Shown in pieces: positions 42,201-55,000 of a stretch of DNA of 64,000 bases. The position numbers were made by a program, and so were the translations under genes. The stretch is from Catajapyx aquilonaris (lineage: Eukaryota): assembly GCA_000934665.2 (NCBI GenBank), contig KZ538523.1, positions 1 through 64,000 on the forward strand, read 5' to 3'. The notes beneath the pieces are model-generated. The model was not told the origin of the DNA and did not search any database. It saw only the letters and a program-made list of their open reading frames with translations. The number at the start of each line of letters is the position of its first letter. Position 1 is the stretch's first letter.

Positions 42201-43265
42201 AAGGATGAGCGCAGTGGAAACAGGTCACATGCATGCTGGGAAAAGGTATAGTGCAAATGTGCGATACTTTTTCTTACACGTGCTTTGCAATCATGTGCAG
42301 TGCTTGGCAAATTGGCAATTAGACTGGGTTTTTTCCGAGATGCAATTAGGCGACAAACTTGGTAAAACCAGCAACTTCGTTTTATAAATTCGCAAATAAC
42401 TCGAGTGGAAGTGCGCATATTTTGTGCCATTATATTATTTTGAAGGATCCCAACCTATACGTACATTTTAATGACAATACTGTGTATTAATTTAGGGATA
42501 TAGTGGGCAATGACAGTATACACTCGTGCTTGATGCTCCCTCTTCATATTTACAAATATCGCTTGTCAGAACGTCGTCTCCCTAAATCCGATATTCTCAG
42601 CTCAAAAAACGAACCTTCTTGAAAAATTTCAGGAGTCAAATTATTTTTTGATTGATTTTCTTGAGCACACAAGAAGGACCCTCACCGCCACGTATTTGAA
42701 TAAACACCGTGGTCTCCTCCAGCCCTCAAGGCAGAGTCAAATTGACACTTCTTCTCCCTCCCTCCCTCCCTCCCTCCCTCCCCCACCTCCCCTCCAGCAT
42801 TTGTGGCTTGATTTAATTTACAGGCTCCCCAGAGGCCCACTTTAATTCCCTCCAGCAATGCCGACGAAACAACTCCCATGATTGATGTCCACATACCAGC
42901 GCCATCATCTTGCATGGAATTCTGCGCGATTACAGCTCCACGTGCAAAATCTTGCTCAACTGCGCCCGGTAATTGAACTTGCAAATTTCAGAACCAAAAA
43001 TGGCACGTTTTCCAGGCACTGATTACGAAACAGCTGGATTCGCATATCGCGCTTCATAAGGGTATCAGATATTTAGGTACAGTACGTACAGGTCTTATAG
43101 AATATCGCAAAACAGCGACTTCAAATAACATCCGGCGGAGTAAAATGATACTAACACAAAAAAAACTCGACTATGATGTGAATTTAATGCAGATAACATG
43201 TCAGCATGTAAAGCAGGGCAATATAATCAATAAGTTAAATGAAGACTGCTGCCTGCTCGTGTATA

Positions 43266-43689
43266 CAGGGTGTATCTGAACTCAGTGCCCCGACGTATAT
43301 GACTGCCTTCCTAGCCACCAGAGGATCGATTTAAGTATAGGAGTCATATGTCTGGGCAGCCTCATTACGGAGATAATTGGCCGCAAACATGTAGTACAAA
43401 ATATCCTGTCGGTTAGGCCACCCATCGAACCCTCCCCCAGTCAGAAGGCTCTGGAAGGTCTGGGGGCGGGACTTTGTTGGTTTGTTGCCCACAGGTGGTA
43501 AGGCCTCTTTGGCTAGTTACACCAGAAAATTCTATTTAAAAGTCAGAAGGAGCGATTAGGCAAAAATCGCTAAAGAGTGTATCTCAGTAATGAGGCTGCC
43601 CAGACATATGACTCCTATACTTAAATCGATCCTCTGGTGGCTAGGAAGGCAGTCATATACGTCGGGGCACTGAGTTCAGATACACCCTG
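43266..43689. mobile_element. Tc1/mariner-type MITE (424 bp)
   Basis: 103-bp perfect terminal inverted repeats (43266-43368 and 43587-43689) starting CAGGGTG, flanked by TA on both sides. Confidence 0.93.
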
Positions 43690-45075
43690 TATATTCGTTA
43701 ACATCTCTTAATTATAAACGGGCGTAGTTGTGGACCATTCATGTCTCTCACATCCTGTATAGGGCGTTCAAAATAGTTTGCGTCCACAAAGTGTCGTTCT
43801 CTCGTTTTGGACAGAAATATTAATTTAACTGGAACAGCAATTTCATTAATATTTCGGATTGATATTCAGATCATTTGTGTCCTCTTGCTCGGATACTCCA
43901 CAAATATGGCTCGTCTGGAGGCGCACGTGGAGAGTTAATTTCCAAGTTCCTTTTTCCATGACCATTTTCCTGGCGAGCAGCGGACAAGTGAGAGAGAGGA
44001 ACGAGGCATCCGAGGGCCTCTGACACTAAAGCAATGTCCCCTAGGGATTCATCTGTTATTCTGCCTGTCTTTTGGCCTCTTGGGGATAGCCGAGGGAGGA
44101 TGTTGTCAAGAACGAAAACAATTGCACAAGATCCGCATCTGCACAGCGTCCAGGAAAATTGACGCCCTATTATACAGTGTGGCAGTCAGCCAGCAGCCCC
44201 ATATGTTTACCAGTAAATCCTTCAAGTCGTCCCCCAATGAAGGCTGGATTTTCCCTTCAGATATACCCCGAATAATATCGACGCTCGATATCACATGCGG
44301 CCATTCTATTGTTCATTAAGCCTATTAAGGATGTGGGATTTTTAGTAGGCTTATATTTGTAGCCTACCTTTACTGCCACATGTTACCAAAGTTTTTAAAC
44401 AGGCTGCCATTATGCCTCAAATGAGCATTTCTACAAATTCTGCGTCTTAGCCGTTGTATAACTGTTAACACACAGGCTTTAAAATTTTAAATTAACGCCA
44501 CCACTAAATGTGCATCAGGGGTACGTTAAATCAACACCCCAGCGAGTGGACATGAATCTTTCTCCTGAAGAGTTACAAAATTGACACCACCCGTTCCATA
44601 ACACCAGTAACATCCCCATCTAATATTATGTTATTCGATTACCCCCCATCCCTCTTCTTCCAACCCAAAAAAAAATCCGCAACCCCCCCCCCCCACCATT
44701 TCTGGCTTATCCCCCACCCTTGGGGCCACCTCAGCATCAAGTGCAGTACATCTCCCCAAGTGTAAGTTGATCCCCCAGAAAAATAAAGGGGTGCAACGGT
44801 CCCATCCATCCAGCCAGACTTTTTCTCCTCCAGCCATCTTCCTCCCTCCCTCCCTCCCCCCAGCGTTTTTCCCCAGGATGCCATCCCCGCCATCCATAAC
44901 CGTCGCTCTGAAGCGGCGCCACCGTGTTGAAACCACGCCGCCCCCAATTCTAGCACGAGCAGGGCTTGAAATTGGCAGGATTCAAATGAGCTGCCAGCAC
45001 CAGGATGCATGGCCCAAGCCAAACTCCGCCGATAACTCCCCCCAAACCATCCATCTATCCTCCTCCACCACCACC

Positions 45076-45106
45076 NNNNNNNNNNNNNNNNNNNNNNNNN
45101 NNNNNN
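45076..45106. other. Assembly gap (31 N)
   Basis: Run of N within C-rich low-complexity sequence; the true length is unknown. Confidence 0.99.
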
Positions 45107-48100
45107 GTCGGATAAATCAAATGGAAGGCACCCCCCCCCCCCCCCCCAATCTTGGAAGAAAGAAGTGTGACGAATGCACTGTCCCCGCCCCTATCCCCCC
45201 CATCAGGTTGACGAGACTTCAAATCATCATATTTAATCTCGCTTCCAGATTCACGCTCATAAATATGCGATTCGAACCCCCCTCTGTCGTCGACCCAAAA
45301 ATTAATGTGCTTTAAGCATTAAGGGCATTTTCAACTGTTTTTGTGGCCATCGCTGCTGCTTGGAGCAGTAATCTGGCAGAAGACATTAATCCTGCTTAGA
45401 AAAATACCTCCGAAGACTGCAAGGTCCTGCGCCATGTTGGTTGCCTACACGCCAGGATACCGCATCGCATGTAGACTTGTAGAGCCCCGAATCACGCTCA
45501 AGGTGACAAATCCCGAAGGCGGCCAAGAAAGGTGACCCCCCGCAGATCTTTTCGCTATTAATATCCCTCCCCCTCCTTCTCTATTGTGCTGCGAGGAAAT
45601 AATCTACAGGAAATTTATTCCTCCCGAGCCCCACAATAGGACTGGCACGGACACCTCTGCGGGAGGCGAGCCAGCACCGGCGATTGGTTCATCCATATAT
45701 TCGCCCCCACAAAACACCGCGACAACGCCCAGGTGGCCCTCGGTGTTATTGTTTTTTCCTTCCGAGAAAATTGGATGGGCATGATTTTCTGTGTGTCATT
45801 ACCAGGGGGCACCCTGTAGTAAGACCGCCTTCCGCATCGACGAGCGCATGTGTCTCTTTTCCCATACCGTCCTGGCATATACCGAACAAGAGGCTCGTCT
45901 TAAATTAAACAACGAGCTAGCTTCTCCCTGGACAATTGCTTCTCATGAATACTCATAAAACGGTTTTCCAAATGTTATCCTTCACTTCCGCCGGACTGAT
46001 TGGCAGCTCGCATTATAAAGATTGCGAGGTTAATTAGCCCGGATTTAATTGCACTCGAAGATTCCTCATCCGTGTTGGGGCAGGTCGTGCATTATTATGC
46101 AGCTCCCCCCCCATTAATGATCACCATAATAATGACTGCCGTTTAGCAAAAAAAAGGTTCTTCGGTTGGACGAACGCCCTCAAAATGAGGGTCTCCTTCG
46201 GCTAAAGCCAGCGTGATGGCCCAGAGAAAAGGTTCACACTTCACAAAAAGCGAACAGATAAAAGTGGGTGGGAAGGGCGGTGAGAGCATACACACACACA
46301 CACATCTCCAAATGTGCTATGAGTCCCAGAAAATGCCAGCCATCTGTTTTCTTGACGTCCTGTTTCAGGGAGAGTTATGAGGCATCATCACCCTGTTGGG
46401 TCCCCACCGACGGCCCATCTTTCACCTCCCCCTCTCCTCAACTTATATTTTTTCTTCTTCTCCCCGTGCTTCTTTTCTTCCTGCAATTTGCTTGCCCGCC
46501 GATTTCCTCATATCCTGGCCAGCAGCAGTCTTGGGTCAGACACAGGTGCTACACGCCTACAACCATGCATTACCAAGCTGGGCTTAAATAATGGGGGAGG
46601 GCTATGGCTGAGGGAATATTGCGTGGAAGTGGTGGGTTCGAGAAAGGCTAACTGATAGTTTGGCAAGTTTATGGACACTTGTAGGGGTCAGCCTACTGGA
46701 TGGATCATAATATGTGAAGGTCAGCCATTATATCCCACCGGTTGTACTTTCCGTTCCATAAAATTGCTAATAGTTAAGAAAATTTATTGGCACACTGTTC
46801 GCCTACACACGTAATTAATTTTAACGCACTGTCACAACAATCCACCCAACTCATCCTAGATCCATCAGCATTTCAAATGGATATACACTATGACGTATGG
46901 TAGTTAAATTCAAACTTTTAACATTAGAGCGAAATATTTAAACAGCACTTATTTTTCACGCTGGTACCAAATCACATTTTTATAAATCGCTAATTGGGAC
47001 GGAATCTGACGTCATTCGGGCTTTATGTCAATTAAGTATTTAGCATATGCGCAATTTCAGCCATCGGTGATTCACCTGCAATTATTTCATAATCAGCTAA
47101 CACATAGTCCGGAGAATTCCGGGAAGAGCCAGAATATCCATGTCCTATAATTATAATATTTTCGAATAAAAGCAGACCCCCCCCCCCCCCACTACAAGTT
47201 GCATGAAATATTAATACCTGATAATATGACTGTGTCGACATTTCATTTATTTTTTTTGTAAAGCAGATAGATGCCTCCTTTTTGACATTATTCCAACCGC
47301 GACTGTATATATACAAAAATTACTGTTATTGTAGTGGCCTGCAAAAAATGAGCAAATTTTTCCAAAACAACGAGCCTCACTTTTCCCTTAATTTCCACTT
47401 TTGGAGCAATAGCACAATTATTAAACCAAAGCCTTATCGTGCAGAGATGCGTGTCTTGTTTTATCCTTTTATGGTGTATGCAACGACCAGGCCTCAAGAC
47501 AGCACTCAGGCATGAGAATGTTGCCAAATCAAGGGAATCCCAATCCAATCAGTGTCGTTGCTGCTGAGCCCGACTCTGAGCCAGTTTTCTACTTGCCAAT
47601 TCTGGTAGCACAACAACAGCTCGTAAAAAAGAAGAAGCAGAGGATGAGAAAAAACTAGGGCCTGGGCGACGTTGCCGAAGAAGCTTCGTTGTCGTCTCCA
47701 GCCGGTACAACCATGCTGCGTGGACACCTCGTGTTGCCAGAAAACTTGGCAATGACAGACACCCGAGTTGATTGTTCGACGCGGCTCAGAACACTCTTAA
47801 AAAATAATGGCGATGAGGCCCAATAAAATTTACGGCTGGTTATTGTTTCAAGGGGCCATAAAGCAATAAAAAGTGGCTTCAATCGCACATTCCTAAACGC
47901 GCAGCTAATTATGCTTTATAACCGAGCTGTTTATAGGCTTGTCCACTTTTGGGAATGGCGCAGGAAGTAAGGGAAAAGCTATTCACTGCGGCCTGTGTGA
48001 CTCTGCTCATCCTCCAGGAATAATTACGGTGTGAAATTAAGGGAAACACTTTTCCAGCGTACAATGTTAACCTGTGACGTGGCCAGACTTTCGGTTTGGC

Positions 48101-49819
48101 TAACAAGGAGAGACTAGCGACCCCCAGATGTGCACATTCTGATCCCCCAACATGAAAAGACAGGTAAACACCGAATTGAAAAGCATTTTAAACTATTGCA
48201 GAGTGGCCAGTTTAGACGCTCTCGGAACTCGGGAAGTGGGTTAAGTAGGGCTGACATACAAACCCCAAAATCAACAAACTCTGCTTTATAATAAGAGAAT
48301 TATTGTTCAAGTGCCGGGTGCACATCGGATCATGCAAACCTAAACAGAAATCAAAAGGCAAGCAGCACATTTCAGACTTTTGCGTCATTTCCCCTAATCC
48401 AATTGTAAAAGAGGCGCCAGACATAGAACCAAATGCAATAAACCTTTCTAGAAAGGTTTCATATTTCACCTGAACTGCATTTGCATAAATAATATCGACA
48501 ACTCATCTCCACGTGGCAATTTCGGTTCATCCGGATTATATAACCCGAGACATTAATAATATTATGCCAGGTTTATCTATAGGCTTTTAACTAACCGCCA
48601 TGAACCAACCGCAGTTTAATATATTTAAGAAGCAGTTTTAAAACCGGGCATTGAGATTCGTTTTAATTCCCGCTCTTTACAGACTCCGCCCTCATGAAAG
48701 TTTCTTCACTCGACGCAAGAGTGGGCTGCACATCAACAGACATGCAGAGCCACCTGTTGAGCACATCGAAAAGCTCAGTCATGAAGGGTCCCATCATTTG
48801 ACGCAAATCAGCCCAAAGGCTCTATCTACCGGTGGACGACTCAACTAATTAAAAAAAATTATTAGTTGAGTCGTTATGGGGCATACGGTTTTTACTCCTT
48901 TGTACGGTGTACTGTACGGTAAAATCATGTTTGCAAAAAATAGCTTCAGGTGTGGGCAACACTTCCACCTATCTGCCCTTTTTTGCTGTGTACCTACTCC
49001 AAATTAATTGAATTTTAAAATAAATAAATAAAATAATATCCGACGTGTTTAGAGTATACGAGGATTCTACTCTGTGTCAGTTTGTACCTACGGTTGTGCG
49101 ACTTTCCAATCNCCCCCCCCCCCCTCGTATTTACCTTTTGCAGCGGGTTACTTGCACATGCATTTATTTTGTGCGGTTCTGCAAATCCCTTAGCCATATA
49201 TTCATATAATAGTTTACCATAACGTTTCATTCACGAAATGCCATGTTTTTAAAGGGACACTCCACTCAAAATACAAGTTGGCTCCCAAAAATTGGGCAAA
49301 AAAATACGATTCCAACGACACCAATAATGAATTTTTCCGATGAACGAGCGTATTTTGGCGATACGGTTGTAACCGTATGCTACTGTTCACGACACCCTCG
49401 CCTCGCCGCCTGGCGGCAGGAATGGGAAATGGAGTATGCTCAGCTCTGCCCGCGAATTCAAACTTGAACGTATTCGAACCGTATGGAGTGAAATTTGAAC
49501 AGTGAAATCCATCCTGGACTTTAAAATGTTTATTTACCATACAATTGGCCAATTTTGTTCGAAAAATTCATTTCTGCATTATGACGAAGATAAATACACC
49601 ACATTCTCTGCACTTCATATTTTTGTTGTATTCGTCATTTTTTTTTCTTTTTTTTTCTTTTTTTTGCATTAGCCGCCTTTTTGTCATGGAAAGCTGCAAC
49701 GTTTTCTCGCCCGAGTGACAGGTGTATTTTTTCGCTCTATAGTGCCACTCGAATCTAGTGCTATTCCGAGCTGCTCCATAGCAAGGCAGTAAATAATTAA
49801 GTCTGGATGTCATCGGGTC

Positions 49820-49899
49820 TCAGGATATAAGATGCAGGGCGATTTTGTGTGCCATATTTTGGGGTTAAAAAAGTGCGTCTTATATTCCGTAAAATACAG
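49820..49899. mobile_element. Right end of a pogo/Tigger-like element
   Basis: GTGCGTCTTATATTCCGTAAAATACAG followed by TA; the left end was not confidently located. Confidence 0.4.
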
Positions 49900-50099
49900 T
49901 ACTTTATGAAAGGAGCTACCGGTTATCATTGATCTGTCATTAATCTCATTATCAAGATGAAACAAATGAAAATGAGCCAACTGTTAAACTAATAATTAAC
50001 AGTTAGCTAGTATTCATAATATTCTGATGCCACTATTACAGATAGTGGTGTAACAATGCTGTAACAATTCATTATGACAAGGAAAATGAAAGGTGATGA

Positions 50100-51937
50100 G
50101 AAACTACAGTATCTGTATCAATTTTATTTGAACACCTCTACAAATGGGTTGTACACCTCCACAAACCAGACAAATATACTTTTGAAAATTAGCTGTGAAG
50201 CCTTGTACGCATGGAAATTTTTTTGAAGCGAAATGATAGAGAGCTTGCACACACCCCCTCGTCGGAAAATAAGTCACAAGGCTGAACTATTTTCGACGTT
50301 ATAGCATCTTGAAAATATCACTCCCAAATTTTATTTTTCACAATAGAATCAGAAATGTCAAAATCTTCTACATGCACCAGAAATAAATGCCATCAAAGAG
50401 TGCAAAATAATTCTCCCCAACAGTGTCGTTACAATAGTGCAAACGGTGTTTCCCTAATGTTCTCAACAAGTTCCTTTTTATTCTTGCAAGGCAAATTACC
50501 AACAGTCTGTAATCTGACTAGGCCAATTGGCTGATTGTTTCAAATTTAAAAAGAACGGGGGAACGCTACTTTGAGTGAATGTTAACACTTCTCCAGCTCT
50601 TCAACACCCACCTTTTTTGGCAAGGAATCCAGGCTATAATTATTGATGGGTCTCTTACACAATGCAAATGAAAAGTAGTTGCTGCTTTCCAATGCCACAT
50701 TAAACTCACAATCATATGGAAGACATTCGGCACAAGAAAGAAATGAACATAGCAGAAAGAGGAAATTATGCAGCTAGGTGTCACAACACCACATATTACT
50801 GTTAAAATACACCACAAGCACACACAAGGAACTCATTTGTGTACAATTTACAGTACGTTAAAGGTTAAAACCCTCCATGTACTCAACACACCCAATAAAA
50901 TGTTTTCCACCACAGTACTGCATAAATCATGTCATACTCAATGTGGATGGAATGTGCGACACAAGCAAAACTAGGCGCAGCTGCAACATCCATTTGGTAA
51001 AAACATACCACAAATGTAAGGGAGCGTTGCATGCTGGAGTTGGAAAGCATTACTCTTAAAAGTGAGGGGAGAAAACACTGACCCTAATTTGCTTTTATTA
51101 TGATCAAAAAGGTGGTCCACACCACAGCAATGTAGGCCTACAGGGGAAAAGAAACTCACAAGCTGCTAATGAAAAACACAAAAGGGGAGACAAATACTTT
51201 GACCCAATATCTAATATCTTCTTTTTAAACTCAGCTTATTTTCTTCTTTACACCGTGATGGAATCGTAGGATGACAGTAGCCACCACCGACTGCAGTGCA
51301 TAAACAGAAGGGCTTAAAACTAGATTTAATAATAAATTGGATCCTGGAGTGGAAACCTGGTCAGAAAAAGTCAATTATCTATACAGTCTTTGTTAGCCTG
51401 GTTTGTGAAGAGAAGGGCGTGACTATGCACCACAAAGAAAAGAGAGAAAGAGGAATTAATGTTTAAAAATGAAAAACACATGAGATAAACAGCCAACTGT
51501 CATACTATTCCCCTGACCCCCACACTTTCTCTCATATCCCCAGACCCAGGCATTCCCCACACCCACTCTCAACCCTCTCTCTCTTTCACTCACACGCAAT
51601 CAAATAATGCTATTAGCTAAATTGACAAAAAAATTGTTGGTAGCTGGAAAATAAAAATGTGAAACCTGCAGCTTCTAAGCCACATAATTTCCACACACAT
51701 TTTTTTTTCTTGTATTTAACTATAAAAAGTCTGGTTCCAGTGGTCAATGTGTCACATGATACATTTCCTCCTCGTCAACACCACAATTTCCGTGCAACTT
51801 TTTCTCTACATTACTTTGCCGTGGGAATTATTTGTGTAACATCTGATCAAAAATGTTGTTTTTTCGTTATTTTCTCGTTTTATCAAATCGGCTACTCCAG
51901 GTATTACTTTTGTCACTTGGAGGTTCACTTCCCACAT
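50100..51937 (-). other. SET: Probable SET 3' UTR (~1.8 kb)
   Basis: U/G-rich sense strand downstream of the stop codon, with several minus-strand AATAAA hexamers. The end point is inferred, not observed. Confidence 0.55.
50123..50128 (-). terminator. Candidate distal polyadenylation signal AATAAA of SET
   Basis: TTTATT on the plus strand, followed on the minus strand by a U-rich element (TTTCTCATCACCTTTCATTTTCCTTGTC). Alternative hexamers at 50330-50335 and 50477-50482. Confidence 0.45.
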
Positions 51938-52005
51938 TCACTCATCTTCTTCACCTTCCCCCCCCTCGTCCCCATCCTCTCCCTCCTCCTCTTCCAGGTC
52001 TTCAC
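51938..52005 (-). CDS. SET: SET terminal coding exon ([22 protein letters not shown])
   Basis: Acceptor TTTCCGTCTCTAG; acidic frame ending in TGA at 51940-51938. Confidence 0.85.
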
Positions 52006-55000
52006 CTAGAGACGGAAACAAAAGTGTGCTGACAATATGATCCATATCAATTTTCAGGAGTGGAGCACTCCCCTGAACTCAAGAACTTCATTGCACAAGA
52101 GAGGCATTCAGTAGAAAACCACACATTGACTGTCGTAAGTTTAAAATGGATTTTAATTCCCAAAAGGTTACATCTCGAGAATTAAACACATTTCAAGTCA
52201 TTGGGTGGAATTTTAAGTGTCACAAATGTCAAACCCTATTGCATATGAAAGAGGATATGATAAGAGCTTCAGTATTATGTGCAAGTGCAAATAAAAAATA
52301 ACCATCATATAAAATAAGGAAAACATACGATCAGATGGTACATGAAGTACGCCCTACACTAAACTGTGCTGCGTCATGTTACTTAAATATTGCACCCCCT
52401 CTGAATTCATGTTACCGGTACACAAAAGGTAGACGCACAAACAGCTAGGATCAAACTAAATATTTAAGGCTATGACGTACAAATATACTGGCAGCAAGTT
52501 TGCCCTAAGAGAAACCCCCCTAACATTGCTTCCATATGTTGAATGTAACATCAGGAGAAAAGAAATAATGCGGCACAAACTACATTACATACTTCAAAAT
52601 TCATGCCCCCCCCCCCCTCCCCACATACACACTTAAACTAATATACAATTTGGGATTATGTTTGAAAAATAACGGGTACAACAAATGGTGTACAAAAAAA
52701 AAAAAAAACAAGAACGAGGAAGGATATACCAACTGAAAAGGTAAGAAACCACCATGCAATCAGGTGGGAGTCTTGGCTCACCCTTGCTCCTCCTCACCTT
52801 CCCCTCCCTCTCCTTCTTCCAGTTCCGCCTCTACATCCTCCTCTTCATCTTCTTCCCCAACATCCCCTTCCATCTCCTCCTCCTCCTCCTCCTCGACCAC
52901 CACTACTGAATCATCCACCTCCTCGTCACTAGAGAATTTAAAAACACACACATATTACAACATGTTCCTTAAACACCACACAATCAAGAACAGCAATTTC
53001 AAAAAAGTTTGTTCTGCCACAGGAATAACATTTTAGGCCAGGTTTTTAGGTGGGCACAGAAACTAGGGAAACAAGGACCTAGCCCTGAAAACGGCAAGAG
53101 GATACCATTGTTCCTGTGTTGTTTTTTAAAAACACAGATCTTCTCTCAAGTCAAACATGATGATAATTTAATTCCTTGATCTCAGAAGGCATGGAACCAC
53201 TCTCACATTATTTTTGCAGATTAGAAGTTTTCACTGTGTCAGAGTATGTCAGTCTCATCAGCACCAAAAAAGTACTGCACAACCAACATGTTGTCCCTTG
53301 TAAAACTGATTGCACCACCTTTCCTGGGTCACCATACATGGGGTGGACATAACGATCACGTTGCATGTTCTTGATTCCAACCCAAGGGCAGAACAGATCG
53401 GACATGATGCCGTTCAATTTTACAATGAATGTTTACATGCCAGTGGTTTCCAACCTTTTACCAACTGCGAGCCCTTAAACAAGTTTCCATCAATGTGCGA
53501 CCCCCCNCCCCCCCCCCCGCCCCGCCCTCTACAACCAACCCCTTTCCAGAAAACATCCACTCTGCACGGCCACAAAAATGGTTCAATTTACACAGAAATA
53601 GCAAAAAAAAAGTTGAACAAAGGCTCGCGACCCCCAGGTTGGAAACCACTGGTTTACATGCTGTTAATGCATAATAACTCAAAGCAAAAAAACAATGAAA
53701 ACTATCATCTTCCACGCAATATGTATGCAGGAGTTATGAGGAATTAACAAAGTAACTCCATCCAGAAGCATGAACTGACTTCCCTACCCAGAAAGGAAGC
53801 AGGTAACTAGCAAATGTTTGTGAGGCACTTCTAACCATGGTCTTAGAATAGTAAGGTCTGGACACTCCCCCTCTTATCGCCTTAGGGGCCTGACGGGGTG
53901 TTTTGCACCAGGTGGCTGCTTGATAGCGCTTTTCAGGGCTTCACAAACATGTGCGACCTTACTGTTCTGAACAGTCCGGCAGGGTCACACATTTCGCGGG
54001 CTGAAAATCATCTTCGGTTATCTCCACTTTTCAACGAAATCGAGCCAACAGCGGATTGACATTGGATGTGTTTTGTTCGTTCATATCCACCCAACTTAGG
54101 TTGTAATAATGGCATCATACACCTTCTGAGAGTTGGAAACAGTTTCGTTCAAGTCCACAAGTGACCAGAATTATTCAGTTCTGAATATGTAAATGACTCT
54201 CCTGAAAAAAATTAAAAAGTGGAGTTAACCGAAGATGATTCTCAGCCCGCGATTTGTGAAGAGGGGGAGTGTCCAGACCTTCCTATTCAAAGACCATGGT
54301 TCTAACAGACACTAACCATCACATATTTCTATGCAAATTGTACATAAACCTGCAGGATAAGTCTTTTAGCCACATCCTTCATTAGTCTATGGTGGACAGA
54401 TTTACAAGAGATATTGGAAGCTGTCCTCTTTCAACATACCTTCCCTCATCCTCTCCTTCTACGCCATTCTCGACTTCAATGTCTGGCACCAGGTAGTACT
54501 GAAGAGGGTTGGGCCACATGTCATCCTTGATTACCTGCAGGCAAATTCATATGTAACAAATGCTTTTCTTGCCAATATTATTCTCTCTAAATTCAGTCAC
54601 CTCAGCAATGTCATCCGCAGATGGATCACCGTGGTCAGCAAACCATGTGAAGAAGGATCTCTGCTCCAATCCCCGTTTCCTACCCTTAGATTGCGCTTTG
54701 TCCTTAGCTTTTTTGGTCAAGTCCATGCCCTCCTTCCATCTTATGGGTGTGCTCTGGGAGGCTGGGTCACCTGCACAAAATCAGAAAAACATTTCCAAAT
54801 TTATTCTGGAGAACACAAAAACAGTGCAAATAGAGCTGTTAGCAGCATAACTCAGAGGATATTACTGCACCACACATCTGGAATTTTTCATTTTGTCACA
54901 GGTTCTCATGGAAACTGCCCATACTTAAGCTGCAATCTTGTAACAGTCCTACTAAAATCACTACTTCCAGTGATCATATGAGTGAAGGTAACAAAAAGTT

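Noticed and set aside
49246..49525. Kolobok-like TTAA-bounded elements (also ~3930-4434 and ~20436-20687)
   Set aside because: Only one plausible end in each case and the putative TIRs do not pair convincingly.
52764..53036. Ser-rich plus-strand ORF
   Set aside because: It is the antisense shadow of the SET acidic-tail exon; the same applies to 54560-54981.
54525..54540. CAG|GTAAT at an exon start as a recursive splice site
   Set aside because: It is explained by the conserved Val-Ile codons, and the upstream intron is only 66 nt.
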